Position numbers and translations under genes: made by a program. A stretch of DNA of 61,396 bases, from assembly GCF_032062105.1 (NCBI RefSeq), contig NW_026934719.1:1-61396 (forward strand). Direction: 5' to 3'. The stretch comes from Saccostrea cucullata. Taxonomy: Eukaryota. The notes beneath the pieces are model-generated. The model searched no databases. It saw only the letters and a list, made by a program, of their open reading frames with translations, and was not told the origin of the DNA. Each line of letters starts with the position of its first letter. Position 1 is the stretch's first letter. Positions 1 to 13,255 of this stretch are shown here, in pieces.

Positions 1-1671
1 TTTTTTAAGCATTTGATATCGTCCCTAAATATACACATTACCTACAAACCAAGTATTCAGTGTTGTGTTATTTTTTTAACAGTCTGAAAATTTCTTTTCC
101 CAGTGGATATTGTGCCATATAAGCGGTTATCCATGAAGAATCTTTTTTTTCCTGCAAAATCTGGTATTTAGAGCGCCGGCAGAGTGAATAGGACGAGCAA
201 AAATAATACATATATAAACTGTGAATGATGTCATCACCAGAATGTTTTTGTGGGTGTGCACAATTTTCTAATATTGTTAAAAGATTGGACACTCTAAAAT
301 GCACCTAAAAACTGATTTAAATAATAATATAGAGTGAAATATTTAAGACAATCGAAGATTTGTAGAATTGCATTAGCGTTTTGTAATTCGTAGGTAACAC
401 GGTGGAACACCGACTTTGATAGTTATCGCAAAAGTTGTACAGTAACTGGGTCTCAACATAAGTAATGTCAGTCCTACATATTTAGTTTTTGTTGACGTAT
501 TATACAAAGACCAATATATTGTCATTATTTTGATATTTAATTTTATTTTGTCATTTTCCATACACCAGTCAATGAATTAATCGAATAATTCTCAGAATAT
601 CAATATTACCCTTTTCTCCTAACGCTGTACGTACGTAGAATATTTTTGTACATGACAAACCGCATCTCGGATCAAGACGAATTTTCAGGATATTGTAGTC
701 AAAATGCTAAAGAAACTTTCTGAAAAGTTTGATTGTGATTGGTCCATGTACCTAGGAATTATAGATTTTATCGGCAAGAACTTCAAATTCGTCAGAGGTC
801 AAAATTTCTCCATGAAGAAGAGAGAAACAAAATAAACTTTTTTATCTGGATTTTCTTCACATTTAATGATGGCATTTGATTCCCCCGATATTATTTGATA
901 TTTTATTGTCATGTATTCATTTCTCATAATGTATGTGGAATTGATTTTAATTTTATTTCAAATAGTTTATCATGAAAAAATCATCGATTTTCCTTCGATA
1001 TCTAGTATAATAGCTGTAAAGAAAAAAAAAAAAAAAGCAAACTATGAAATAAAACGAATATCGCTTTCAAAATGATCGAACTCGCAAGTCGCGACCCCCC
1101 CCCCCTTTTTTTTTTCTTTTCCTACTTTTTTTTCTTGCTGCAAGAAAGCGAAAGCAGGCTTTAAGGAGGCAGACATTGTTTGTGACACAAAGTTGTATAG
1201 AGAGGAAAATAGTTTAAGAAGACGGGATTGGTGTATAATAAATATGTTGATATTTTGATAACCGCTTGGTTGAGGCGTTGAACACTTTGAATGAGTTGAA
1301 ATAAATAAAATAAATATATTGAATGCGATTAGAACATACATAAAATGTAGAGCGAGCTTCTTTGGCACATTGCAAAGCCAGGAGTGGATCATAAGTGGTA
1401 TATCTGGAAGGAAGTTCAAAGAAAAGGGGAGAGGGGGCGGGTTCAGATCTGCCTTATAAATATGGAAATTATTTTGCTATAGTATATGTTTCAAAGGGAC
1501 CAAGTTCCTATTATGCTATAGATATAGGTAAGTTAGCGGTATTGCAGTGTACATACGTGTAGCATCATTCATGCAAACATTGGAGGACATATCGCACGGT
1601 ATCTGCAGTCATTTCAAGGTTCGGCATGGAACGTTATGATCTCAAAGAGACACAAAACGTCACAATATGGA

Positions 1672-1750
1672 TGACGTCATAAAAGTGAGATGTCATACTT
1701 TCTCAGTTGTCAAGGAACACTGTAGTGAAGGAAAAGGCAGCAAACATTTG
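1672..1750 (+). promoter_or_regulatory. Putative core promoter and non-coding exon 1 of the array gene (repeated in every unit)
   Basis: CRE palindrome TGACGTCA 1672-1679 overlaps TATA-like CATAAAA 1678-1684. Initiator-like TCAGTT at 1703-1708 (A at 1705) is at a plausible spacing. Donor TTG|GTAAGA at 1750/1751. These motifs are kept in all 8 units. Confidence 0.6.
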
Positions 1751-2008
1751 GTAAGAATTTCCATAGCTTTTATTCTAAGAAATTTGTCCTTAATCCGTAA
1801 AATGAAGTAGAGAACCTGTTTCGTATCTTCCAAATGATAGAAATCGACATGTTCCGCATATTCCATTTATTAATTTTGACTTGACAATAAATAATTAAAA
1901 GGATTAAGAAAAGTGGAAGGGCGGTTGAAATGAAATTGCAAAATAAACATTTTTCTCTATTTTTTTTTGCAATGTGAGATTTTTTTTTTCCTTCTTATTT
2001 TAGAAAAC

Positions 2009-3715
2009 ATGGAGGATAAGTTACAAATACTGAAGTTCGACAAGCCGTGGTATGTTATGGTGGAAGACCATGAAATGTGTCAGGTAATTTCAAATTAAAT
2101 ACTACATGCACGTGTCTCATGCATTCTAACACAAGAACAGTGTTTACAAACTTGGAGACTTTTTTGTCGTTTAATGACGAGTGAGTGAAATAGATCACAA
2201 ATGCCCAGTTCAACGGTCAGTCATATTAGATTAAATCAAATATAAGCGCTCGAATAACTTAGTAGACCTTTCTTAATTTTCACTTGATGGGTTGTAGTTA
2301 ATATTAAGCTGTCCTAAGTTTTCACAAGTATCGTGCAGAATATTCGAAAAGTATAGAGTGGTCTTTTGACCATCACCTAACTGTTTGACGCGATGCTGCA
2401 TGTCCGAAATAAATTGACAGTTTTCACTGTATGTTTACAGCTGTGTGTTTAAGAACAAAGCTTTTTTGTGAAGCAGATAGGTTCTACAGAGTACCAGTTT
2501 AGAATTGTAAATTCAATCAATTGATTAACATTAATTGTCGCATTTTCTTCATTCTAGAGCATTTTTGACGATCTTCTTGAAAAAGTGGATAGAGAGATTG
2601 CTATCAAAAACAAACTGGACGCTCTAATGGCAAGAGCGCAGGTATTCATATGTTACATGCCTTTGTATATTTATAAATTGCATTTTGATTGGAAATATGT
2701 CGATTTGGCAATTTTGTCTTTTCGATTCTGAACTTAAAAAAATTTTATGTGTTTTTAAAAAAATATTTACATTAATTTTAGGAAAGGCAAAGGAGGTATG
2801 AAATTCTCAAGTTTGATAGACCGTGGTGCGAAATGGTGGAGGAACCAGAAATATGCGAGGTAAGCACGGAAAATGAACGTTTTCATCAATGTGCATTTTT
2901 TAAGTTTTAATGCTCTACCAGAAATCTTTAAGCATGCGCTCAGTTGTATAAATACACCCCTTATATAGAATGTCAAACACTTTTAAATCGAAATAAATGT
3001 ATCCAATAAGTACATCAGTGTCGGACAACAATCAATTTACTTGACTTTATTCTAGGATATACTCGATGACTTGACCACGGGAGTGGAGACAGAGGATGAC
3101 ACACGACATTTTAAACACGTGATGGCTACCGTTCTTGATGAGTTAAAGGTAGGTTGTCATCTGAAAATTTGCTTTAAAAACATTGTTATCTTTTTTTTAA
3201 TGGAAGCTACAAAAATCTGCAGAACTGAGAATAATGTAGTTTGTGTTCAACTAAGTGACACAAAGGCAACGAAATGCAAAGATTTCATTTTAAATAAGTT
3301 ATCTTTTTTTCCTCAAAAAATTAATTCCTTCTTTTTAGTCGAAAATACCCGTTCTTCAAGAACAAGAGACGACCTCGTTAAAGAAAGATGCTTCAATGAA
3401 AGACACAAACGCTGATATAAAGAAGACAGATAATACTTCTAGTGTCGTAAGTCTCTCACAATTTTACCCCCCCCCCCCCCCCCCCCCCGCCAATAATGTA
3501 AAGCAAATATTTAGAGATTTTATTTCTTAAACTATAACATTCGAATTAATCTGACTAATTGATTTTATTTATTTCTTTATTTTATTTTCTAACTTTTTTT
3601 CCCTATTTACTTGCAGGTCACTCGTAGAACATTTTTCCAGAACATGAAGAAAAGGCTCCGCAAGATGTTCTTCAGTTGTTGTATGAAGCAAGGAGAAGAC
3701 TGTGATACTTGTTAA
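2009..3715 (+). CDS. Array gene copy 1: 178-aa uncharacterised protein, 6 coding exons (2009-2083, 2558-2641, 2782-2859, 3056-3148, 3339-3446, 3617-3715)
   Basis: All introns are GT..AG and phase 0, with pyrimidine-rich acceptors. The spliced ORF is open: MEDKLQILKFDKPWYVMVEDHEMCQ|SIFDDLLEKVDREIAIKNKLDALMARAQ|ERQRRYEILKFDRPWCEMVEEPEICE|DILDDLTTGVETEDDTRHFKHVMATVLDELK|SKIPVLQEQETTSLKKDASMKDTNADIKKTDNTSSV|VTRRTFFQNMKKRLRKMFFSCCMKQGEDCDTC*. Start context is AAAACATGG. Confidence 0.88.
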
Positions 3716-5759
3716 ATATCTGTTCCTGTCTTTCGAATTTGAACGTTTTGTAATTTTTTTAAGCATTTGATATCGTCCCTAAATATACACATTACCTACA
3801 AACCAAGTATTCAGTGTTGTGTTATTTTTTTAACAGTCTGAAAATTTCTTTTCCCAGTGGATATTGTGCCATATAAGCGGTTATCCATGAAGAATCTTTT
3901 TTTCCTGCAAAATCTGGTATTTAGAGCGCCGGCAGAGTGAATAGGACGAGCAAAAATAATACATATATAAACTGTGAATGATGTCATCACCAGAATGTTT
4001 TTGTGGGTGTGCACAATTTTCTAATATTGTTAAAAGATTGGACACTCTAAAATGCACCTAAAAACTGATTTAAATAATAATATAGAGTGAAATATTTAAG
4101 ACAATCGAAGATTTGTAGAATTGCATTAGCGTTTTGTAATTCGTAGGTAACACGGTGGAACACCGACTTTGATAGTTATCGCAAAAGTTGTACAGTAACT
4201 GGGTCTCAACATAAATAATGTCAGTCCTACATATTTAGTTTTTGTTGACGTATACAAAGACCAATATATTGTCATTATTTTGATATTTAATTTTATTTTG
4301 TCATTTTCCATACACCAGTCAATGAATTAATCGAATAATTCTCAGAATATCAATATTACCCTTTTCTCCTAACGCTGTACGTACGTAGAATATTTTTGTA
4401 CATGACAAACCGCATCTCGGATCAAGACGAATTTTCAGGATATTGTAGTCAAAATGCTAGGGAAACTTTCTGAAAAGTTTGATTGTGATTGGTCCATGTA
4501 CCTAGGAATTATAGATTTTATCGGCAAGAACTTCAAATTCGTCAGAGGTCAAAATTTCTCCATGAAGAAGAGAGAAACAAAATAAACTTTTTTATCTGGA
4601 TTTTCTTCACATTTAATGATGGCATTTGATTCCCCCGATATTATTTGATATTTTATTGTCATGTATTCATTTCTCATAATGTATGTGGAATTGATTTTAA
4701 TTTTATTTCAAATAGTTTATCATGAAAAAATCATCGATTTTCCTTCGATATCTAGTATAATAGCTGTAAAGAAAAAAAAAAAAAAAGCAAACTATGAAAT
4801 AAAACGAATATCGCTTTCAAAATGATCGAACTCGCAAGTCGCGACCCCCCCCCCCCCTTTTTTTTTCTTTTCCTACTTTTTTTTCTTGCTGCAAGAAAGC
4901 GAAAGCAGGCTTTAAGGAGGCAGACATTGTTTGTGACACAAAGTTGTATAGAGAGGAAAATAGTTTAAGAAGACGGGATTGGTGTATAATAAATATGTTG
5001 ATATTTTGATAACCGCTTGGTTGAGGCGTTGAACACTTTGAATGAGTTGAAATAAATAAAATAAATATATTGAATGCGATTAGAACATACATAAAATGTA
5101 GAGCGAGCTTCTTTGGCACATTGCAAAGCCAGGAGTGGATCATAAGTGGTATATCTGGAAGGAAGTTCAAAGAAAAGGGGAGAGGGGGCGGGTTCAGATC
5201 TGCCTTATAAATATGGAAATTATTTTGCTATAGTATATGTTTCAAAGGGACCAAGTTCCTATTATGCTATAGATATAGGTAAGTTAGCGGTATTGCAGTG
5301 TACATACGTGTAGCATCATTCATGCAAACATTGGAGGACATATCGCACGGTATCTGCAGTCATTTCAAGGTTCGGCATGGAACGTTATGATCTCAAAGAG
5401 ACACAAAACGTCACAATATGGATGACGTCATAAAAGTGAGATGTCATACTTTCTCAGTTGTCAAGGAACACTGTAGTGAAGGAAAAGGCAGCAAACATTT
5501 GGTAAGAATTTCCATAGCTTTTATTCTAAGAAATTTGTCCTTAATCCGTAAAATGAAGTAGAGAACCTGTTTCGTATCTTCCAAATGATAGAAATCGACA
5601 TGTTCCGCATATTCCATTTATTAATTTTGACTTGACAATAAATAATTAAAAGGATTAAGAAAAGTGGAAGGGCGGTTGAAATGAAATTGCAAAATAAACT
5701 TTTTTTTTCTTTTTTTTTTGCAATGTGAGATTTTATTTTTTTTTCTTATTTTAGAAAAC

Positions 5760-7460
5760 ATGGAGGATAAGTTACAAATACTGAAGTTCGACAAGCCGTG
5801 GTATGTTATGGTGGAAGACCATGAAATGTGTCAGGTAATTTCAAATTAAATACTACATGCACGTGTCTCATGCATTCTAACACAAGAACAGTGTTTACAA
5901 ACTTGGAGACTTTTTTGTCGTTTAATGACGAGTGAGTGAAATAGATCACAAATGCCCAATTCAACGGTCAGTTATATTAGATTAAATCAAATATAAGCGC
6001 TCGAATAACTTAGTAGACCTTTTTAATTTTCACTTGATGGGTTGTAGTTAATATTAAGCTGTCCTAAGTTTTCACAAGTATCGTGCAGAATATTCGAAAA
6101 GTATAGAGTGGTCTTTTGACCATCACCTAACTGTTTGACGCGATGCTGCATGTCCGAAATAAATTGACAGTTTTCACTGTATGTTTACAGCTGTGTGTTT
6201 AAGAACAAAGCTTTTTTGTGAAGCAGATAGGTTCTACAGAGTACCAGTTTAGAATTGTAAATTCAATCAATTGATTAACATTAATTGTCGCATTTTCTTC
6301 ATTCTAGAGCATTTTTGACGATCTTCTTGAAAAAGTGGATAGAGAGATTGCTATCAAAAACAAACTGGACGCTCTAATGGCAAGAGCGCAGGTATTCATA
6401 TGTTACATGCCTTTGTATATTTATAAATTGCATTTTGATTGGAAATATGTCGATTTGGCAATTTTGTCTTTTCGATTCTGAACTGAAAAAAAAATTTTTA
6501 TGTGTTTTAAAAAATATTTACATTAATTTTAGGAAAGGCAAAGGAGGTATGAAATTCTCAAGTTTGATAGACCGTGGTGCGAAATGGTGGAGGAACCAGA
6601 AATATGCGAGGTAAGCACGGAAAATGAACGTTTTCATCAATGTGCATTTTTTAAGTTTTAATGCTCTACCAGAAATCTTTAAGCATGCGCTCAGTTGTAT
6701 AAATACACCCCTTATATAGAATGTCAAACACTTTTAAATCGAAATAAATGTATCCAATAAGTACATCAGTGTCGGACAACAATCAATTTACTTGACTTTA
6801 TTCTAGGATATACTCGATGACTTGACCACGGGAGTGGAGACAGAGGATGACACACGACATTTTAAACACGTGATGGCTACCGTTCTTGATGAGTTAAAGG
6901 TAGGTTGTCATCTGAAAATTTGCTTTAAAAACATTTATCTTTTTTTTAATGGAAGCTACAAATCTGCAGAACTGAGAATAATGTAGATTGTGTTCAACTA
7001 AGTGACACAAAGGCAACGAAATGCAAAGATTTCATTTTAAATAAGTTATCTTTTTTTCCTCAAAAAATTAATTCCTTCTTTTTAGTCGAAAATACCCGTT
7101 CTTCAAGAACAAGAGACGACCTCGTTAAAGAAAGATGCTTCAATGAAAGACACAAACGCTGATATAAAGAAGACAGATAATACTTCTAGTGTCGTAAGTC
7201 TCTCACAATTTTACCCCCCCCCCCCCCCCCCCCGCCAATAATGTAAAGCAAATATTTAGAGATTTTATTTCTTAAACTATAACATTCGAATTAATCTGAC
7301 TAATTGATTTTATTTATTTCTTTATTTTATTTTCTAACTTTTTTTCCCTATTTACTTGCAGGTCACTCGTAGAACATTTTTCCAGAACATGAAGAAAAGG
7401 CTCCGCAAGATGTTCTTCAGTTGTTGTATGAAGCAAGGAGAAGACTGTGATACTTGTTAA
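5760..7460 (+). CDS. Array gene copy 2 (subtype A, spliced, 178 aa)
   Basis: Same six exons and splice sites as copy 1; ATG 5760, TAA 7458-7460. The indels I noticed lie outside exons. Confidence 0.87.
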
Positions 7461-9509
7461 ATATCTGTTTCTGTCTTTCGAATTTGAACGTTTTGTAATT
7501 TTTTTAAGCATTTGATATCGTCCCTAAATATACACATTACCTACAAACCAAGTATTCAGTGTTGTGTTATTTTTTTAACAGTCTGAAAATTTCTTTTCCC
7601 AGTGGATATTGTGCCATATAAGCGGTTATCCATGAAGAATCTTTTTTTCCTGCAAAATCTGGTATTTAGAGCGCCGGCAGAGTGAATAGGACGAGCAAAA
7701 ATAATACATATATAAACTGTGAATGATGTCATCACCAGAATGTTTTTGTGGGTGTGCACAATTTTCTAATATTGTTAAAAGATTGGACACTCTAAAATGC
7801 ACCTAAAAACTGATTTAAATAATAATATAGAGTGAAATATTTAAGACAATCGAAGATTTGTAGAATTGCATTAGCGTTTTGTAATTCGTAGGTAACACGG
7901 TGGAACACCGACTTTGATAGTTATCGCAAAAGTTGTACAGTAACTGGGTCTCAACATAAATAATGTCAGTCCTACATATTTAGTTTTTGTTGACGTATAC
8001 AAAGACCAATATATTGTCATTATTTTGATATTTAATTTTATTTTGTCATTTTCCATACACCAGTCAATGAATTAATCGAATAATTCTCAGAATATCAATA
8101 TTACCCTTTTCTCCTAACGCTGTACGTACGTAGAATATTTTTGTACATGACAAACCGCATCTCGGATCAAGACGAATTTTCAGGATATTGTAGTCAAAAT
8201 GCTAAAGAAACTTTCTGAAAAGTTTGATTGTGATTGGTCCATGTACCTAGGAATTATAGATTTTATCGGCAAGAACTTCAAATTCGTCAGAGGTCAAAAT
8301 TTCTCCATGAAGAAGAGAGAAACAAAATAAACTTTTTTATCTGGATTTTCTTCACATTTAATGATGGCATTTGATTCCCCCGATATTATTTGATATTTTA
8401 TTGTCATGTATTCATTTCTCATAATGTATGTGGAATTGATTTTAATTTTATTTCAAATAGTTTATCATGAAAAAATCATCGATTTTCCTTCGATATCTAG
8501 TATAATAGCTGTAAAGAAAAAAAAAAAAAAAAAAAGCAAACTATGAAATAAAACGAATATCGCTTTCAAAATGATCGAACTCGCAAGTCGCACCCCCCCC
8601 CCCCTTTTTTTTTTCTTTTCCTACTTTTTTTTCTTGCTGCAAGAAAGCGAAAGCAGGCTTTAAGGAGGCAGACATTGTTTGTGACACAAAGTTGTATAGA
8701 GAGGAAAATAGTTTAAGAAGACGGGATTGGTGTATAATAAATATGTTGATATTTTGATAACCGCTTGGTTGAGGCGTTGAACACTTTGAATGAGTTGAAA
8801 TAAATAAAATAAATATATTGAATGCGATTAGAACATACATAAAATGTAGAGCGAGCTTCTTTGGCACATTGCAAAGCCAGGAGTGGATCATAAGTGGTAT
8901 ATCTGGAAGGAAGTACAAAGAAAAGGGGAGAGGGGGCGGGTTCAGATCTGCCTTATAAATATGGAAATTATTTTGCTATAGTATATGTTTCAAAGGGACC
9001 AAGTTCCTATTATGCTATAGATATAGGTAAGTTAGCGGTATTGCAGTGTACATACGTGTAGCATCATTCATGCAAACATTGGAGGACATATCGCACGGTA
9101 TCTGCAGTCATTTCAAGGTTCGGCATGGAACGTTATGATCTCAAAGAGACACAAAACGTCACAATATGGATGACGTCATAAAAGTGAGATGTCATACTTT
9201 CTCAGTTGTCAAGGAACACTGTAGTGAAGGAAAAGGCAGCAAACATTTGGTAAGAATTTCCATAGCTTTTATTCTAAGAAATTTGTCCTTAATCCGTAAA
9301 ATGAAGTAGAGAACCTGTTTCGTATCTTCCAAATGATAGAAATCGACATGTTCCGCATATTCCATTTATTAATTTTGACTTGACAATAAATAATTAAAAG
9401 GATTAAGAAAAGTGGAAGGGCGGTTGAAATGAAATTGCAAAATAAACATTTTTTTCTTTTTTTTTTGCAATGTGAGCTTTTATTTTTTTTTTTTCTTATT
9501 TTAGAAAAC

Positions 9510-11213
9510 ATGGAGGATAAGTTACAAATACTGAAGTTCGACAAGCCGTGGTATGTTATGGTGGAAGACCATGAAATGTGTCAGGTAATTTCAAATTAAA
9601 TACTACATGCACGTGTCTCATGCATTCTAACACAAGAACAGTGTTTACAAACTTGGAGACTTTTTTGTCGTTTAATGACGAGTGAGTGAAATAGATCACA
9701 AATGCCCAGTTCAACGGTCAGTCATATTAGATTAAATCAAATATAAGCGCTCGAATAACTTAGTAGACCTTTCTTAATTTTCACTTGATGGGTTGTAGTT
9801 AATATTAAGCTGTCCTAAGTTTTCACAAGTATCGTGCAGAATATTCGAAAAGTATAGAGTGGTCTTTTGACCATCACCTAACTGTTTGACGCGATGCTGC
9901 ATGTCCGAAATAAATTGACAGTTTTCACTGTATGTTTACAGCTGTGTGTTTAAGAACAAAGCTTTTTTGTGAAGCAGATAGGTTCTACAGAGTACCAGTT
10001 TAGAATTGTAAATTCAATCAATTGATTAACATTAATTGTCGCATTTTCTTCATTCTAGAGCATTTTTGACGATCTTCTTGAAAAAGTGGATAGAGAGATT
10101 GCTATCAAAAACAAACTGGACGCTCTAATGGCAAGAGCGCAGGTATTCATATGTTACATGCCTTTGTATATTTATAAATTGCATTTTGATTGGAAATATG
10201 TCGATTTGGCAATTTTGTCTTTTCGATTCTGAACTGAAAAAAAAACTTTTATGTGTTTTAAAAAATATTTACATTAATTTTAGGAAAGGCAAAGGAGGTA
10301 TGAAATTCTCAAGTTTGATAGACCGTGGTGCGAAATGGTGGAGGAACCAGAAATATGCGAGGTAAGCACGGAAAATGAACGTTTTCATCAATGTGCATTT
10401 TTTAAGTTTTAATGCTCTACCAGAAATCTTTAAGCATGCGCTCAGTTGTATAAATACACCCCTTATATAGAATGTCAAACACTTTTAAATCGAAATAAAT
10501 GTATCCAATAAGTACATCAGTGTCGGACAACAATCAATTTACTTGACTTTATTCTAGGATATACTCGATGACTTGACCACGGGAGTGGAGACAGAGGATG
10601 ACACACGACATTTTAAACACGTGATGGCTACCGTTCTTGATGAGTTAAAGGTAGGTTGTCATCTGAAAATTTGCTTTAAAAACATTGTTATCTTTTTTTT
10701 AATGGAAGCTACAAAAATCTGCAGAATTGAGAATAATGTAGTTTGTGTTCAACTAAGTGACACAAAGGCAACGAAATGCAAAGATTTCATTTTAAATAAG
10801 TTATCTTTTTTTCCTCAAAAAATTAATTCCTTCTTTTTAGTCGAAAATACCCGTTCTTCAAGAACAAGAGACGACCTCGTTAAAGAAAGATGCTTCAATG
10901 AAAGACACAAACGCTGATATAAAGAAGACAGATAATACTTCTAGTGTCGTAAGTCTCTCACAATTTTACCCCCCCCCCCCCCCCCCGCCAATAATGTAAA
11001 GCAAATATTTAGAGATTTTATTTCTTAAACTATAACATTCGAATTAATCTGACTAATTGATTTTATTTATTTCTTTATTTTATTTTCTAACTTTTTTTCC
11101 CTATTTTCTTGCAGGTCACTCGTAGAACATTTTTCCAGAACATGAAGAAAAGGCTCCGCAAGATGTTCTTCAGTTGTTGTATGAAGCAAGGAGAAGACTG
11201 TGATACTTGTTAA
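9510..11213 (+). CDS. Array gene copy 3 (subtype A, spliced, 178 aa)
   Basis: Same exon set; ATG 9510, TAA 11211-11213. Confidence 0.87.
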
Positions 11214-13255
11214 ATATCTGTTCCTGTCTTTCGAATTTGAACGTTTTGTAATTTTTTTAAGCATTTGATATCGTCCCTAAATATACACATTACCTACAAA
11301 CCAAGTATTCAGTGTTGTGTTATTTTTTTAACAGTCTGAAAATTTCTTTTCCCAGTGGATATTGTGCCATATAAGCGGTTATCCATGAAGAATCTTTTTT
11401 TCCTGCAAAATCTGGTATTTAGAGCGCCGGCAGAGTGAATAGGACGAGCAAAAATAATACATATATAAACTGTGAATGATGTCATCACCAGAATGTTTTT
11501 GTGGGTGTGCACAATTTTCTAATATTGTTAAAAGATTGGACACTCTAAAATGCACCTAAAAACTGATTTAAATAATAATATAGAGTGAAATATTTAAGAC
11601 AATCGAAGATTTGTAGAATTGCATTAGCGTTTTGTAATTCGTAGGTAACACGGTGGAACACCGACTTTGATAGTTATCGCAAAAGTTGTACAGTAACTGG
11701 GTCTCAACATAAATAATGTCAGTCCTACATATTTTGTTTTTGTTGACGTATACAAAGACCAATATATTGTCATTATTTTGATATTTAATTTTATTTTGTC
11801 ATTTTCCATACACCAGTCAATGAATTAATCGAATAATTCTCAGAATATCAATATTACCCTTTTCTCCTAACGCTGTACGTACGTAGAATATTTTTGTACA
11901 TGACAAACCGCATCTCGGATCAAGACGAATTTTCAGGATATTGTAGTCAAAATGCTAAAGAAACTTTCTGAAAAGTTTGATTGTGATTGGTCCATGTACC
12001 TAGGAATTATAGATTTTATCGGCAAGAACTTCAAATTCGTCAGAGGTCAAAATTTCTCCATGAAGAAGAGAGAAACAAAATAAACTTTTTTATCTGGATT
12101 TTCTTCACATTTAATGATGGCATTTGATTCCCCCGATATTATTTGATATTTTATTGTCATGTATTCATTTCTCATAATGTATGTGGAATTGATTTTAATT
12201 TTATTTCAAATAGTTTATCATGAAAAAATCATCGATTTTCCTTCGATATCTAGTATAATAGCTGTAAAGAAAAAAAAAAAAAAAAGCAAACTATGAAATA
12301 AAACGAATATCGCTTTCAAAATGATCGAACTCGCAAGTCGCGACCCCCCCCCCCTTTTTTTTTTTCTTTTCCTACTTTTTTTTCTTGCTGCAAGAAAGCG
12401 AAAGCAGGCTTTAAGGAGGCAGACATTGTTTGTGACACAAAGTTGTATAGAGAGGAAAATAGTTTAAGAAGACGGGATTGGTGTATAATAAATATGTTGA
12501 TATTTTGATAACCGCTTGGTTGAGGCGTTGAACACTTTGAATGAGTTGAAATAAATAAAATAAATATATTGAATGCGATTAGAACATACATAAAATGTAG
12601 AGCGAGCTTCTTTGGCACATTGCAAAGCCAGGAGTGGATCATAAGTGGTATATCTGGAAGGAAGTTCAAAGAAAAGGGGAGAGGGGGCGGGTTCAGATCT
12701 GCCTTATAAATATGGAAATTATTTTGCTATAGTATATGTTTCAAAGGGACCAAGTTCCTATTATGCTATAGATATAGGTAAGTTAGCGGTATTGCAGTGT
12801 ACATACGTGTAGCATCATTCATGCAAACATTGGAGGACATATCGCACGGTATCTGCAGTCATTTCAAGGTTCGGCATGGAACGTTATGATCTCAAAGAGA
12901 CACAAAACGTCACAATATGGATGACGTCATAAAAGTGAGATGTCATACTTTCTCAGTTGTCAAGGAACACTGTAGTGAAGGAAAAGGCAGCAAACATTTG
13001 GTAAGAATTTCCATAGCTTTTATTCTAAGAAATTTGTCCTTATTCTGTAAAATGAAGTAGAGAACCTGTTTCGTATCTTCCAAATGATAGAAATCGACAT
13101 GTTCCGCATATTCCATTTATTAATTTTGACTTGACAATAAATAATTAAAAGGATTAAGAAAAGTGGAAGGGCGGTTGAAATGAAATTGCAAAATAAACTT
13201 TTTTTTTCTTTTTTTTGCAATGTGAGATTTTATTTTTTTTCTTATTTTAGAAAAC

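Noticed and set aside
1433-1533. GC box, TATAAAT and ag|gtaagt as the main promoter and first exon
   Set aside because: TATAAAT becomes TATAGAT and the donor context changes in subtype B. The G-rich 'agatctgcc' segment may be a MITE end. A minor upstream start is not excluded.
3071-3415. 114-aa plus-strand ORF MTTGVETEDD..
   Set aside because: It starts at TTG inside a coding exon and reads through the intron into the wrong frame of the next exon. It is broken in several units while the spliced frame is not.
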